64,000 nt of DNA from Protoeuglena noctilucae (lineage: Eukaryota), in assembly GCA_958009085.1 (NCBI GenBank), contig OY253675.1:62001-126000 (forward strand), written 5' to 3'. Under the pieces are notes generated by a model, which was not told where the DNA came from, did not search any database, and was given only the letters and a program-made list of their open reading frames with translations. Both the position numbers and the translations under genes were made by a program. Each line of letters starts with the position of its first letter. The first letter of the stretch is position 1. Below, one piece after another: positions 38,401 through 51,100 of this stretch.

Positions 38401-41400
38401 GGAAGGAGGCAACGAGGGCGACGGGTGGAGTCGAGAAGCGTTCAAACGCCCCGGCGGAGTCGGGTGGCGGGTCAGATTCAAATTCCAATTCAAATTCGGA
38501 TAGATCGGATACGGGCATCGGTGGGTCGGAGGGCGGGCGCGGGAGTGCGGTGGAGTGGCGGGAGCGGCAGGGGGTGGTGGATGTTAGGGAGTATGTGCAT
38601 AATCGCTATCAGGGTGCCATGAATCCACTCAAGACGGAGATGGGGAAGGAGGGTGCGGGGAGTGGGCATGAGTCTGCGGGGGGTGGGGAGGGGGGGAGAG
38701 GGGAGCGAGGGGGAGAGCGGGGGGGTGTCGTCGGATGCTGAGATCGTGGGGAGGGGAGGTGAGAAGATGAGATGGTATCGTTGATTGATAGATTAATTAG
38801 TTAAACACGGTGATTGGGGCTTGTGTTGACGGACTCTGGGGTGTGGAGCGTGCGAACATGTTGCCACGGCTCACCGGTACCCGCGCACCCTCACCACTCA
38901 CCCTCACCCTCACCTCACCCACACTCTCACTGCCACTCTCACCCTCACCCTCACCCCCCCCCCCGCAGCCGACGCCCCACCACCCCACCCCCCGAGTCAG
39001 TGCCAGAATTCACAGCCACTGAGATGGCCACGATGCGTGCCTTGCCACCCAAGAAGCCCTCTCTTCGATTCTTGGCGATGCGCTCCAGCCTTATGATGGG
39101 GGGGGCGGGAGACGAGGGCGGGGAGGGGGGCAAGGGGGCGGAGAGGGGGAGGGAGAGGGAGGGGAAGGTGAGGGGTGGGGGTGGTTGGGAGGGTGGCGGT
39201 GGGGGTGGTGATATGGGTGGTATTGGGGGTGGCAGTGGGGGTGGTAGTGAGGGCGACATTAAGGGTAGCAGTGAGGCTAGCATCAATGACAATAACAGCA
39301 CTCATCATTCCCCGCCACATCTCATCTCCTCGTCCCCGCAGCCCCCCGCAACCACCCCCTTCGGCATGATCCGCGTCGATGACTCTGGCGGCGATCTGAG
39401 TCAGCGGGGGGGGTGGAAGGCAGACGCGGCGGCGCACCGGGACAGCATGTTTGGCGGCGGGGCGGGCGGGGGGCGGGGGCGGGAGCGGGGCGGCGAGGGC
39501 AGGCGGCAGGGTGGGGGAGACGGGGAGCAGGCGAGGGAAGCCGGCGCGGGGCGGGAGAGGGACCGCGATCGCGAGGGAGGCGCGGACAGGGGTAAAGATA
39601 AGGATATTGATGAGGATAGGGAGAGAGAGAGGGAGCGCCGGGACCGGAGGGAGCGCCGGGCGTCGCGAGTGAGGGACATGTCGAGCGATTCCGGGTCCGA
39701 GGAGCGGAGCGTGGCGCGGAGGGGCGAAAAGCGGGACCGAAAAGACGGCAAGAGCGTTAATGTCATGGACGGGCGCGGCGGGAAGGCGGAGGGCGGGCGC
39801 GGCGGGGAGGAGAGCGACGGCGACCGGCGACCGCGCTCGCTCGCGCGGCCGGCGCCGCGACGACCGCGGAGCCGGCGATAATGAGCGACGAAATGACTTC
39901 GATCGCGATCGCGACCGGGCGCTGGGCCGCGGGCGCGCGCGGTCGGCGCGGGTGCGTGCGGAACGTCCGGCGGGGGCGATGGGCGATTTGACGGAGGAGG
40001 CTGCGGAAGAGGACCGACTCCGCGACGAGACGCGATCGTTCCAGGATCCGACGGAGCTGGAAGGGGACGCGGAGGCGGCGGACGGGTCGCCGCGGACGGG
40101 GGTGGGCGGGGCGGTGGTGCCGAGGACCTATGCTGACCAGGTGGGGGGTCACTGCGAGGGGATACATGGGGTGGTTGATTCCATGAATGGGTTGGTTGGG
40201 TTTGGTATGTTTGATTGGGATTTGTTGATACTGGGATGGCTGGAGAGGGGCTGTACAGCGATTTAGCAAGGCGGAGGGAGGCAACGTGCTGTGATGGTTG
40301 AGTGATGGGAAGTTGGCCCTTGGCTCGTGTCGAGTGCTTGGATCAATGCCCGATATCATCACAACACATGTAAATGACAATTAACAGATTAACATATTGT
40401 TAACATATCCGCATCCACCTCCCCCCCAGCTCGACCGCACCGGCGTGGGCGGGGCGATGCGCGACTGGATGCAGGCGACGGCGGGCGCTGCCAGCCAGGC
40501 AGCGGAGAAGGCCCGCCGCGCGCAGCAGGAATTGATGAAAGACAAATTCGCGGCCGTCGTGAAGGCCGCGCTGCGAGCGAGGCGCGAGGCCGCCAAAGAG
40601 GAGGCGGACGGGGCGCGCGGGGGTGGAGGGGGTCAAGCGGGGTTCTATTCGCGCGCTGCGGTGATCGAGATGGCGTCGCGGCACGCGCAGCAGATGCGGC
40701 AGCTGCAGGCGGCGTACGAGGATCGGATCACCGCCATGGAGGACAGGTGACGATTTGCGGTGGGGTTTCTGCTGAGGGTACAATTAGTAGAGGAGGGGGG
40801 TGATGGGCAGTGCATGGATCGCATCACCGCCATGGAGGACAGGTGAGGGGGGGAGGGGGGTGGTGTGTTGTTGTTTGTTGTTGTCACTGTTGTAGGAAGG
40901 GTAGGGGAGTGAGTGGATGGGATCACCGCCATGGAGGACAGGCGAGGGGCGATGAGGGCGGGTGTTAGGGGTGTAAGGTGCAATCAAAGTGAGGTAGTGA
41001 AACTGATCGAGTCACCGACATGGAGGACAGGCGAGGGGGGGTCGGTGTCTTGGGGTGTTGGGGAGTGGTGGTGCGAGTGGTCGAGTGAGCTAGTGGCATA
41101 GGAAAGTAGAAGATAGTGTAGAGGGGTAGCGATGGGGAGGGCAGCGAATGGATCGAATCGCAGCGATGGTGGTTAGACGAGGGCGCACATGGCGCCTCCA
41201 TCCCACACCCTCCCTGTCACCCACCCACACGCTCACTAGCAAACCCTGCCCATGGCTCACCATCCTCATTCTCCCAATAACCGTCCACCCCTGTCTTTCA
41301 AATCCTACCCAACCATTCCCCAACCACTCCCCCCCTGCAACGCAGGCACAAGGAGCGCCTGACCCGCGCCCACCCCACCCGACCCCGTGGCCCCGCCCCC

Positions 41401-44400
41401 GCCGCCACCCGCACCCGCGCCGGCGACGAAAAAGGGGACGCGGATCGAGACGTGGTGACGCGGGGGTTGCTGGATTTGATGGGCGCGCAGATGCGGGGGG
41501 TGGCGGACCCGCACCTGACGGAGCAGGCGACACGCCAGACCGAGGACTTTTTGGAATCCGCGGGGCTGTCGAAGGACATGGTGGCCGCCGCGAGTCGGAG
41601 GTCGATGCGGTCCGCGCTGGGGATCGAAGCGGGGACCTCCCGTCGGTCAGGGATGGCGAGCGCAAGCCGGGTGAGGGGGGGCGGTATTATGGGGGGGGAG
41701 GGTAGGGGGTGGGGTGGTGTTTGCTGTGTGGGGAGGTTGGCGGTTGATGCTGGTGGGGGAGAGAAGTGCAACGGAGAGAAAATAACATTACTGCACAGCT
41801 GTAGCTATCTGTCACAGCTAGTACCACCAACAACCCCGCTCTCGCTCTACCTACCACCCCACTCTCACCTTCACCCCTCCCTCTCTCTCTCCCCCCTCTC
41901 AGCTCTCGGCCCACAGTGCCTCCCTCCCTCTCTCTCACTCTCACTCTCATCCCCCACTCACCCTCACCCCTCTCTCTCCCTCTCCCCACAGCTCTCGGCC
42001 CACAGCGCCTCCCGCCCCGCGTCCCGCGCCGACCTCACCGCCCCCTCCACCTCCCAACGCCCATCGCGCAACGAAGCGCCGCCACCCCCGCCCTTCGCCA
42101 GTGCAGCCGCGAGGCTAGCGGCAGAGAGCGGGGCGCTGACCGATTGGGGAGAAGGGGCGGGTGCTGGGGGTGTTGCACTCGCAGCTGCGAGGGGGGGGTC
42201 GCCAGTACCGGTGCCAGTACCGGTGCCAGTGTGGGCGTCGGAATCGGGTGTCGCGGGCCGCCAGTCGCCGTCTGCGGGGCTGGCGACGGCGGCGGCGGCG
42301 GGGCAGCTGTTTGCGGGTGGGGAGGCGGGCCGCGCGGCCCTGCTGGCGAGGCCGGGGTCTGCGGTGGGGGAGGCGAGGGGGGCAGGGGCGGGGGCGGCGT
42401 TCGCGAGGCCCATGGTGAGGGGTGGGGGGTGATGGTGTGGTGTGTGGGTGATAGTGTGGTGAGGGTAATTGCGTGGGATGGTTGTGATGATGGGTGAAGA
42501 GTGGGTGTAGAGGGGATGTAGGTGGTTAGAGTGGATAGTTGGGTGTGGATAGGGTGGGAGAGGTTGGGTGGGGTGGCAGTGTGGGTAGAGTTTGTGGTGG
42601 GGGGCCATGTGACAACAAGTGGAGATGAAGACAATAGGATGGCAGTTGTGTGGTCATTATCACATGCATCTCTGCCACGCCTTGCCACCCCACTCCACCG
42701 CTCACACCACCCCCACTACCCCCCCACCCACTCCCCCCATCACCCATCCACCCTAACCCTCCTTACCCCTACCCCCCACTCCCCCCCCGCAGTCTGCCGC
42801 ACCCACCCCCTCCCGCCGCTCCCGCCTTGACCCCTCAGCGACCGCCACCGCCCCCACCGCCACGCCCGCCCCCTTCGCCCCTCCTCCCTTCCTCGACCCA
42901 CTGCCAGAATCCGCGTCCCTCGCCAGCCTGGGTCGAACGGGCGACCTCCGGCGCGCTGGGCGGGACGCCTGGGCCGAGGAGGGCTCGGAGGCACGCGGCG
43001 GGGGTTCGAACCCTGGCGCCGGCGGCGCCTTTTTGGGTGCGGCGGCGGGGATCGAAGGGCGGCTGTCGGAAGTGGTGCCGGAGGCATCGGAAGGGTCATT
43101 GGCGGATGCAATGGAAAGAGCAGAGGGGGCGAGGGGGGTAGGTGGGCGCGGGGCGGGGGCGGCGGTGGCGGTGGTGGAGGGCGGGGGTGGGGGACGGGCG
43201 GCGGCGTTGGCGGAGCCGCGACAGCGCGGACAGAAGGCGCATCAAGCACGGCCCGTGTCGGGTGAGTTGGAGTGAAGTAGTGGGGGGTAATAGATGGGAC
43301 GTGGATGTGGGTATGGATTCCGTATGGGTGATTGTGATGGATTAGACACTCTTGTGACACTGCCACCTCTCTCCGCACCCCCCTCCACTTCACCCCAACC
43401 CCGCAGCCATCGTAGCACAACGCTCCACCCCCACCCCACCCCCTCACTCCACCCACCCCTACCCCACCCCCGCAGCCATCGTAACACAACGCTCCGTCCC
43501 CGACCCCATCCGCCGCCATTTGTCATTCACTCCCTCACCCCCACCACACCCGCAGCCATTCTGGCACAGCGCTCCACCCCCACCTCGGTTCCCGACCCCA
43601 TCCGCCGCCATTCGCCATTCACTCCCTCATCCCCGTTACCCCCGCAGCCATTCTGGCACATCGCTCCACCCCCACTTCGGTTCCTGACCCCATCCGCCGC
43701 CATTTGTCGTCCGCCCGCGCCGACCCCGCCCACCGCCGGGGATCACGGCCCGCCACAGGGTCGACGGTTCAAATCTCGCGGCCGGCGTCGGGGGCCGTGG
43801 GGGCCATCGCGGGAGCGGCAGGTGAGGGGGGGGGGGGCTGTGAGGGGGAGATGAGATGAGTGGGAAGTGGATGAGTGGCGTTGTTATGTGAGTTGTTCAT
43901 AATCGTTGTTTATGGATTCAATTACTATCATAACAGACACTCAATTGTCTCCTGCAATGACTCACCATCACCCACTTATCCCCCTCCCCCGCAGCCCCCC
44001 ACCCCGCCCGTGCACGGAGCGCCACCACACAACACCCAAGCAACAACCAAAACCAACCCACCCTCGCCATCACCGCCACCGCCACAGCCACCGCCGCTCA
44101 CCCTACCAGCACTGTTAGTAATGCGGAGAGGGGCAGGCAGCAGGAGGGCTTTGCGGGTGCAGCGGTGTTGCGCAAAGGGGGGAGACCGGCGACGGCGAGG
44201 GTGGGGGCGGTGGGGGGTGCGACGGATAAGGACAGAGAAAGGGATAAGGATGGATCGCTGTTCGTGGCGCCGAGGCCGTCGCTGATGGGGGTGTCCAACC
44301 GGAGCCTGCTGATGGTGAGGGGGGGTGGGGGTGGGGGTAGCATTGGGGTAGCGATGGCTGTTGTTGTATGCTCTCGCTTACCCTTTCTCAACTCTCACCT

Positions 44401-44730
44401 CATCCCCCACTCACCTACATCTCACCTATCACTCCCATCACCCCCCAACTCACCCCACTCACCTATCCCACCTATCTCTATCACTCACTGCCCCCCAACT
44501 CCCCCATCCCCCAGGACCCCACCGCCCCCACCCCCGCTTCCTCGACCGTCGTGGCCGGTCGCGACGTGCAGCCCGTCCGCAACCATCTCTTCATATACCC
44601 ACCCAAAGACGCGGAATCGGCATCGCGGCTGACGTATGGGGATAGAGCGAGGGCGGTGAGGGGGGAGCATGTGTTGAGTGTGACGCCCTATGGGGGGTGG
44701 AGCGTGGAGGGGCGGAGTGGGAGGGGGTAA
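29476..44730 (+). CDS. very large multi-exon hypothetical protein (helical/coiled-coil segments separated by Gly/Ser/Arg-rich disordered regions); may be more than one gene
   Basis: Chain of codon-biased exons with compatible phases (e.g. EKARGLMQWVETGQLMSK; ETRLFLDLFKDNAML; SLWSSHFAMEGLSLYS; DREAAARAVLRKRQQDFDDG; AQQELMKDKFAAVVKA; NHLFIYPPKD). No recognisable domain; a few apparent frameshifts at G-runs. Confidence 0.55.
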
Positions 44731-45121
44731 TTGATGAGTGATGGGTGTGATGAGGGCGATGAGCGGACAAGCCACTTAATCTATGCTGAAGATAATAATT
44801 TTACTTGGTTTACTGTTATTGTGAGTTTTTAGCTGTAGCAGGGCTGTGATAGACTAGCTGGTTAACAGACGTGATCGTGGCTGAGAGATGTCATCCCTGT
44901 GCCGGTGAAAGCGAAGTAACAGCACTCACTACCAATCCTATCAATTATTGCCACGGTCAGAGTCTCAGTATCCCTCTCTTCAATCGCGGAACACAGCCAT
45001 CTACAACCCTATCTAATACGCGTACCCACCACCACCCTCACTACCACCCTCCCCCATCTCACCACCACCCCACCACACCCACACCCTCCCTACCACACCA
45101 ACCCACCCCACCCCTCCCCAT

Positions 45122-48100
45122 TCACTTGCGCCCCTTTTTCGCAAACTCCTCCCTCAGATTCCGCCTCACTCCCCGCGCTTCCCCACTCTTCCCTCCATCC
45201 CCACCCCTCCACTTCCCACCACCCCCGCCCCTAACCCCACCCCCCGCACCGCCACCCATCGCACCAACATCGCTATCATTATCCAATTCCACTCCCACTG
45301 CGCTATTCCCCTCCTCATCTGTCGGCTCGTCGTCCCCGCCGCCACCCTTCCCGGCATTCCTGACACCGCCGCCTCTGACACCACCTGTTCTGACACCGCC
45401 GGCTCTGGCGCCAGTCTTGGCGTTTGCCGCGGGGGCGGTGCGCCCGGCCTTGGCAGCAGCGCCGCGTTGCTTGCCTCCCCGTTTGCGCACAGCAACGGGG
45501 GCAGTGGCAGCGGGGGTGGCAATGGCAGCGGGGGTGGCGATGTGGGCGGGGGTGGCGGCAGCGGTGGCTGTGATGCGGGGGGCGGTGCGGTCGAGTGGCT
45601 GCGGGTGAGGGGGAGTGGTTGGTTGATGGGAGTGGTTAGTTGATGAGGGTTAGGGGTTTGAGTAACATGCCACCACCCTATGCCATCTTCGTATCACCAT
45701 GCTCCGCTTACCACCCACACCCCTGCATGTCTCCCACCTATCGCACCAATCATTCCCACTCCACTATAGCTACTATTATTAATCCCTTATAGATGCACCC
45801 CCTCACCTGCGCCACTGCCGTGACCTGGCACCCCGTGCGCCTCTCCACCCACCGTCCACCACTCACCACTCACCACCCACACCCCACCATTACTCTAATC
45901 AACAATTACTCAAACTGTCATATCTACTTCTCACCTGCGCCAGCGCCGTGACCTGGCACCCCGTGCGTTTCTCCACCCACCGCCCCACCGTGAACACCCA
46001 CGCCGCCCCCCTCTCCCCCCCCGCCAACGCCTCCTCCACAATCACGCTCTCCGGCAGCCATGCCGAGAACAGTCCTCGCCCGCTGTGGCCCAGCCGCAGC
46101 TGCTTCAAGCGGCCCAGGTAACGTAACGCGGGGAATTCGAACTCGTCCACGCAGCCCGCCTTGAACTGCGGATTTGAATGAGATGGGGTTGATTTGAATG
46201 TGGGATTCGGTGTGCTGCAGTTACCATCATGCATATATGCATGATGGCGATAGATGATGACTTGATCATAACGTCAACATGACCATTATTGTTATCATAA
46301 CAGAACACATCCCTCCCCCCTCACCCTCCTCGGCCCCATGCGCGGCTGGATGAGACCCGAGGTGCCCCTCTCTCCCGTGATCTCGAAATGCACCTGAGAT
46401 GGAAAAGGCATAAGGATTAAGTTGATTAATGACTGTCACCAACCGTCGCCGCTCATCACAACCCATCACCACATCCCAATCCACTTATCCATTCATTCAA
46501 ATCCCCCACCCCCATCCACCCCCCACCTGCGCCCCCGTCCCAACCCACCTACCACAACACATGACCATACCTAAATTCATCCATTCAAATCCCCCACCCC
46601 CCATTCAACCCCAATCCAACTCCCCACCTGCGCCCCCGTCCCCGCCCCCGCCCCATCATCACAACATGCCAATCCATCGATCTCTCATCTCTCATACACC
46701 CAAATACCCCCCACCCAACCCAACCCCCCACCTGCGCCCCCGTCCCCGCCCCGCACTTCCTTGCCGTGGCAAACGTGACCCTGTACCCCCGCAGCCTGGC
46801 GGCCACCAGCTCATCCGCCTGCGTAGATGCGTCCGCCACAGTCACTGTCGTCTGCGCGTAGTGCACGCGATCGGAACCCAGCACGCTTTGCAGCGTGGCG
46901 TGGCAGGGGAAGCGCTGGGTGAGCGGGCGGCTGTCGTGGACGTGGGAGACGGTGATGGCCTCCAGGGGCCAGCGAATCTGGGGGTGGGAATGATATGGAA
47001 TAAACGTGTTACTGATGAGTGGTGGTTTAGATTTGTACTGCAACATATGGATTACACCCATATCTGGGAGACGGTCCAAAGCTCCTCCAACCCTTACTCG
47101 CATGCGCATCTCACCACCCCCGTCTCTCATAACAGCCAATCATATATAGCCATTCCCACACCCCATCTCACCTCGTGCACCCCCCTCATGAGCACGTGCA
47201 TCTTTGTCAGCACGCCCATCTCCCCCGCCGCCTCCGTTTGAAACGCGTCCGTCTGACCGGGGCGGAAAAGCCTGCCATTCTCGTCCGGCCACCTCCCCGT
47301 GCAGTTTCCGGCGAACAACTGGCGCCACCCCACCCCGTCCGGGTATCGATCCGAGTATAACAGGACATCCAGATTGTCAGAAACGGACTGACCGGGCTCG
47401 TCGCCCGTCTGCACCTCGAACGTGACCGGATAGGCGAACCCGGGACCTGTGATATTCCTATCGTAGTCCCCGGCATTCTGGCCATTTCTGGCAGTGTCGC
47501 CAGAGAGGGCGGAGGCGAGGGCGTTGGGCCTCTGTGCCGCGGCTGCCAGGAATGCGTCGGAATCGAGTGCCAGAGGAAGGAAGGGCTCGGATGGGGAGGG
47601 GGAGAGGAGCTGGGGGGGACAGAGAGGGGGGTGATGGGTGAGGGGGTGAGATGGGGTGGAGTTGGGCGAGGGGAGCGATGACTGGGTGACGATAGTGGTG
47701 TGAGTGATAAGTAAAATGGAACGGGGTGAGGGGTCTGAAGAGAGCTGGTGCAATCTCCACTCGCTTAGTTGATAACAATACACACACACTTATATACACG
47801 CACAACCCACACCCCACACTCGCCTTGTCGCATCGGAACACGGCCGTCTCCCTGGTAGTCAGGCACAGGATTTGAATATCGACCAGATGCCACTCGAAGG
47901 GACCCCAGAGCTTGAGATGCAGGCGGTGCATGGGGCTGGGGGGGGAGAGAGTGGGTGAGGGAGTGAATGAGGGACTGGGTGAGAGGGTGAGGGAGCGAGA
48001 GGGTGTTTACATGAAAGGGACGGGAGGAGTAGAGGTGCGGGCAGTGCATGGGTCAACCCCCACCCCATCCCATCTCACCACCCCCCACCCCATCCAATCC

Positions 48101-51100
48101 CTCACCTGACCGCGGCGTCGTCTGCAATCGTCAACAGCACAACACAACAGTGCACCCATCCCACCACACCCCATCCATATCCCACTCCCCACCATCTCAC
48201 CTGCCCGCGGCGTCGTCGGCGAATCGGCAATACAAGACAGTCCCACCCCATCCAACCCCACCCCATCTCACACCCATCCAATTCCCATAACATCCCAAAT
48301 CGCAATCCGTCACCTGACCGCCGCATCGTCTGCGAATTGGAACTCGAGCGGCCGCCGGTGGCTCAGCACCCCATCCCCCGGGGCTTCGTGCCACTCGGTC
48401 TGCTGTTCGTCTCCCCCCGACACCATCATGCTTATTTGGCGGGGGGGCACGCGGGTCTGGGGGCCCGAGCGGATGCTCACGCGATACCTGAGAGGGAGGG
48501 GGGGGGGGGTTGAGAGTAGCAATGGGGGTATGGGTGAGGTGAGAGATGGGGTGCGGGTGGGGGTGGCAGTGGGGTGGCAGTGGGGGGGGTGGCAGTGGGA
48601 GTGGGGGTGGCAGTGGGGGTGGCAGTGGGGGTGGCTTAGCAGTGGGGAAGCGGGGGCAATCACGCGCTGTCCCCGATCCCGATATGGAGTTCCAACAAAC
48701 ACACACACCCATTCATTGCAATATCAACCATATACAAACACAACCACTCCCCAAAGCCCCTCACCCGTGCTCTGCCGCCCCCTCTGCCCTCCGCACCAGC
48801 CGCACCGCCCCCCCCCTCCCCTGCCCCGCCACCGCCGGCGCCAATCCACCCGCTGCCGGGCCGAAGAAGTACTGGGAGCCGTCTGAGTATATCAACACCA
48901 TCTTGACGCACTGCCAGGTTAACCCCACGCCGCCCTGCGATGTGACGAGGGGGGTGTTGGGGTGGGGGGTTGTTGGGATGGGTGTTGGGGTGTGGGGTGG
49001 GGGCAGAGTAGCATGGAGTAGCATACAATACAATAGTACTATACTGTATGCTACTTATATATTCCATACACTATATGCATTAACAGTGGATAATTACAAC
49101 ATGATTATGACATGACACCCCATCTCCCCTAACAACCCCATCACCCACCCCCCTCTCATCTCCCTTCCCCCCTCCCCCCCCTTCATCTCACCTGCCCCGC
49201 CCCGCCCGTGTCCATTTGAATCTCCACGAACTGAGGGTCGCCGACGTCGTGGTAGGGGATTTCGAATTCGTCCCTCGCCCCCCGCTGGAAGGGGAGCGTG
49301 CCCGGTTTCGCGATTAAGGTGCTGTAGTCGGTGCGATTCGAACTCCCGACCACGGAGATGGCCACCGAGTTGGGCGGCGCCGAGGCGTCTGGGCGAGTGC
49401 CGGTGGTGGCCAACACGCGCGTGACTTGCGGTTTCCTGGCGCCAGTGTCGGCGGCGGGGGGTCCGTCCCGGGACTCCATGCGGCGCTCCAGGCTGTGGTC
49501 GGGGGAGAGCCAGTCCTGGGGGAGAGATGGGGGGTTTTATAATGGTAATTGTGATAATAGTGATAATACTATGATATACGATGATGGCTAGTGAGTGTGC
49601 ATCCATGCGGCGCTCCAGGCTGTGGTCGGGGGAGAGCCAGTCCTGTCATGTCCTGTGATTGCGAGATTGCTAAAGCATACACACACCCATCATAACCAAA
49701 TTACATTACCAAATAACACCAACTCATCGACCATCCCACCCCTCACCCGTAGATGGAACCACCTCGTGTGTTTCTTTGTCCTATCGGTCCCCTCGTGTGT
49801 GGCCTCTATATGCGATAAGTGCCACGTGTCGTCCACCTTGCCATCGGGGCTGAGCAGCGCAGTGCCCGGCTGAAGGCGAACCGACATGGCCTGCGAGTGA
49901 GGGTGGGGGTTGGGGAGGGGGTGATGATTATATAATTTGTTTGTTTATTATTACTATTATTGATCAATACTCTTAGGTAAAGAGTCCCTGCTCCGACCCG
50001 GTCGCATATCTTACCATATCCACTGTCCATATCTACCATAACTATCAATATCCACCATTACATATGAATACAATTACCCAACCACTCAAACTCGCCTTCA
50101 TCCTCCCCACGTCCCTCCCCTGCACCCCCAGGAACGCCTGCTCCGACCCGGTGGCGAATCCCCGGAACCCCGGCCTGGTTAACTCCAGCCATCCCGTGTC
50201 GCCGTTTTCACCATAAACATTCAAGAACACGGGGGAGTTGGTGCCGGCGCCGGGGATGTTGGTCGTGAAGACCTGAGGGGGTGAACAGTATTACTTATTG
50301 CTTGCATAACAAAACCTGATACTGATGGTAGCAAGCGGCACTGATAGTAAGGCTGCCTTAAGTTATTGCAAGACCATACCATGTCAAAAGGTACAGCTCG
50401 CCCGGCATGTGCAAGCACATACACCCATCACCCCACTCCCATCCCACTCCCCATCAATAAAACTCGCCTTGAACGTGTACGCGCACACCCCCTTCCTGGC
50501 CGCAGGGTCCCCCCCCTCCGTCAACACCCTCTCGCTCCTCACATCGCCCGCCCCCTGCCCCAGCCAACCATCGCCATGCTCCGGCACGTCGGCCCAGAAC
50601 ACAAAGGGACGCGGGAGGCCGTTCGCGGTCGCTGTCACGCGCCGCAGTCGCCAGGAGTGGTTGCCGGGGCCCGGGCGCAGCCCCACAGTGAGGTGGGTGG
50701 GGGTGCCGATGGGGGAGGGGGAGATGACGGTGACGGAGCTGCGGGAGTGGGTGGGTGTTTATTATATATGATTATTACTAGTACATATATATTAGATGCG
50801 TATGTCAACTGATAGCGTGGGTGAGGTGGGTGGGGGTGCCGATGGGGGCGGGGGAGGTGACGGTGACGGAGCTGCAAAGGGAGTGGTGATGAAAGGGAGT
50901 GGTGATGGGTGGTTGGTGGTTAAGGAGTGGTATTCATCATCATCAGTGGTATTAATATTTATTAATTATCAGTTCCTACTCCTTCCCTCTCACGGCGACG
51001 CCCCCCCGCGAACCCCTGCACATCCGCATCATCAATATCACCCGTATTGATATATATCATTATATTATGTATAACTATACAGTACATTTACCAACCCGCG

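Noticed and set aside
37970..38760. Apparent frameshifts or stops in the large + strand gene (also ~33900-33990), suggesting a pseudogene or programmed frameshifting
   Set aside because: Each shift falls at a G homopolymer run in Gly-rich sequence; homopolymer sequencing error is the simpler explanation.
40721..41180. Repeat-spacer ladders (also 43401-43710, 57136-57462) superficially resembling CRISPR arrays
   Set aside because: Eukaryotic context, no cas genes, irregular low-complexity spacers, and the repeats are copies of adjacent exon ends.
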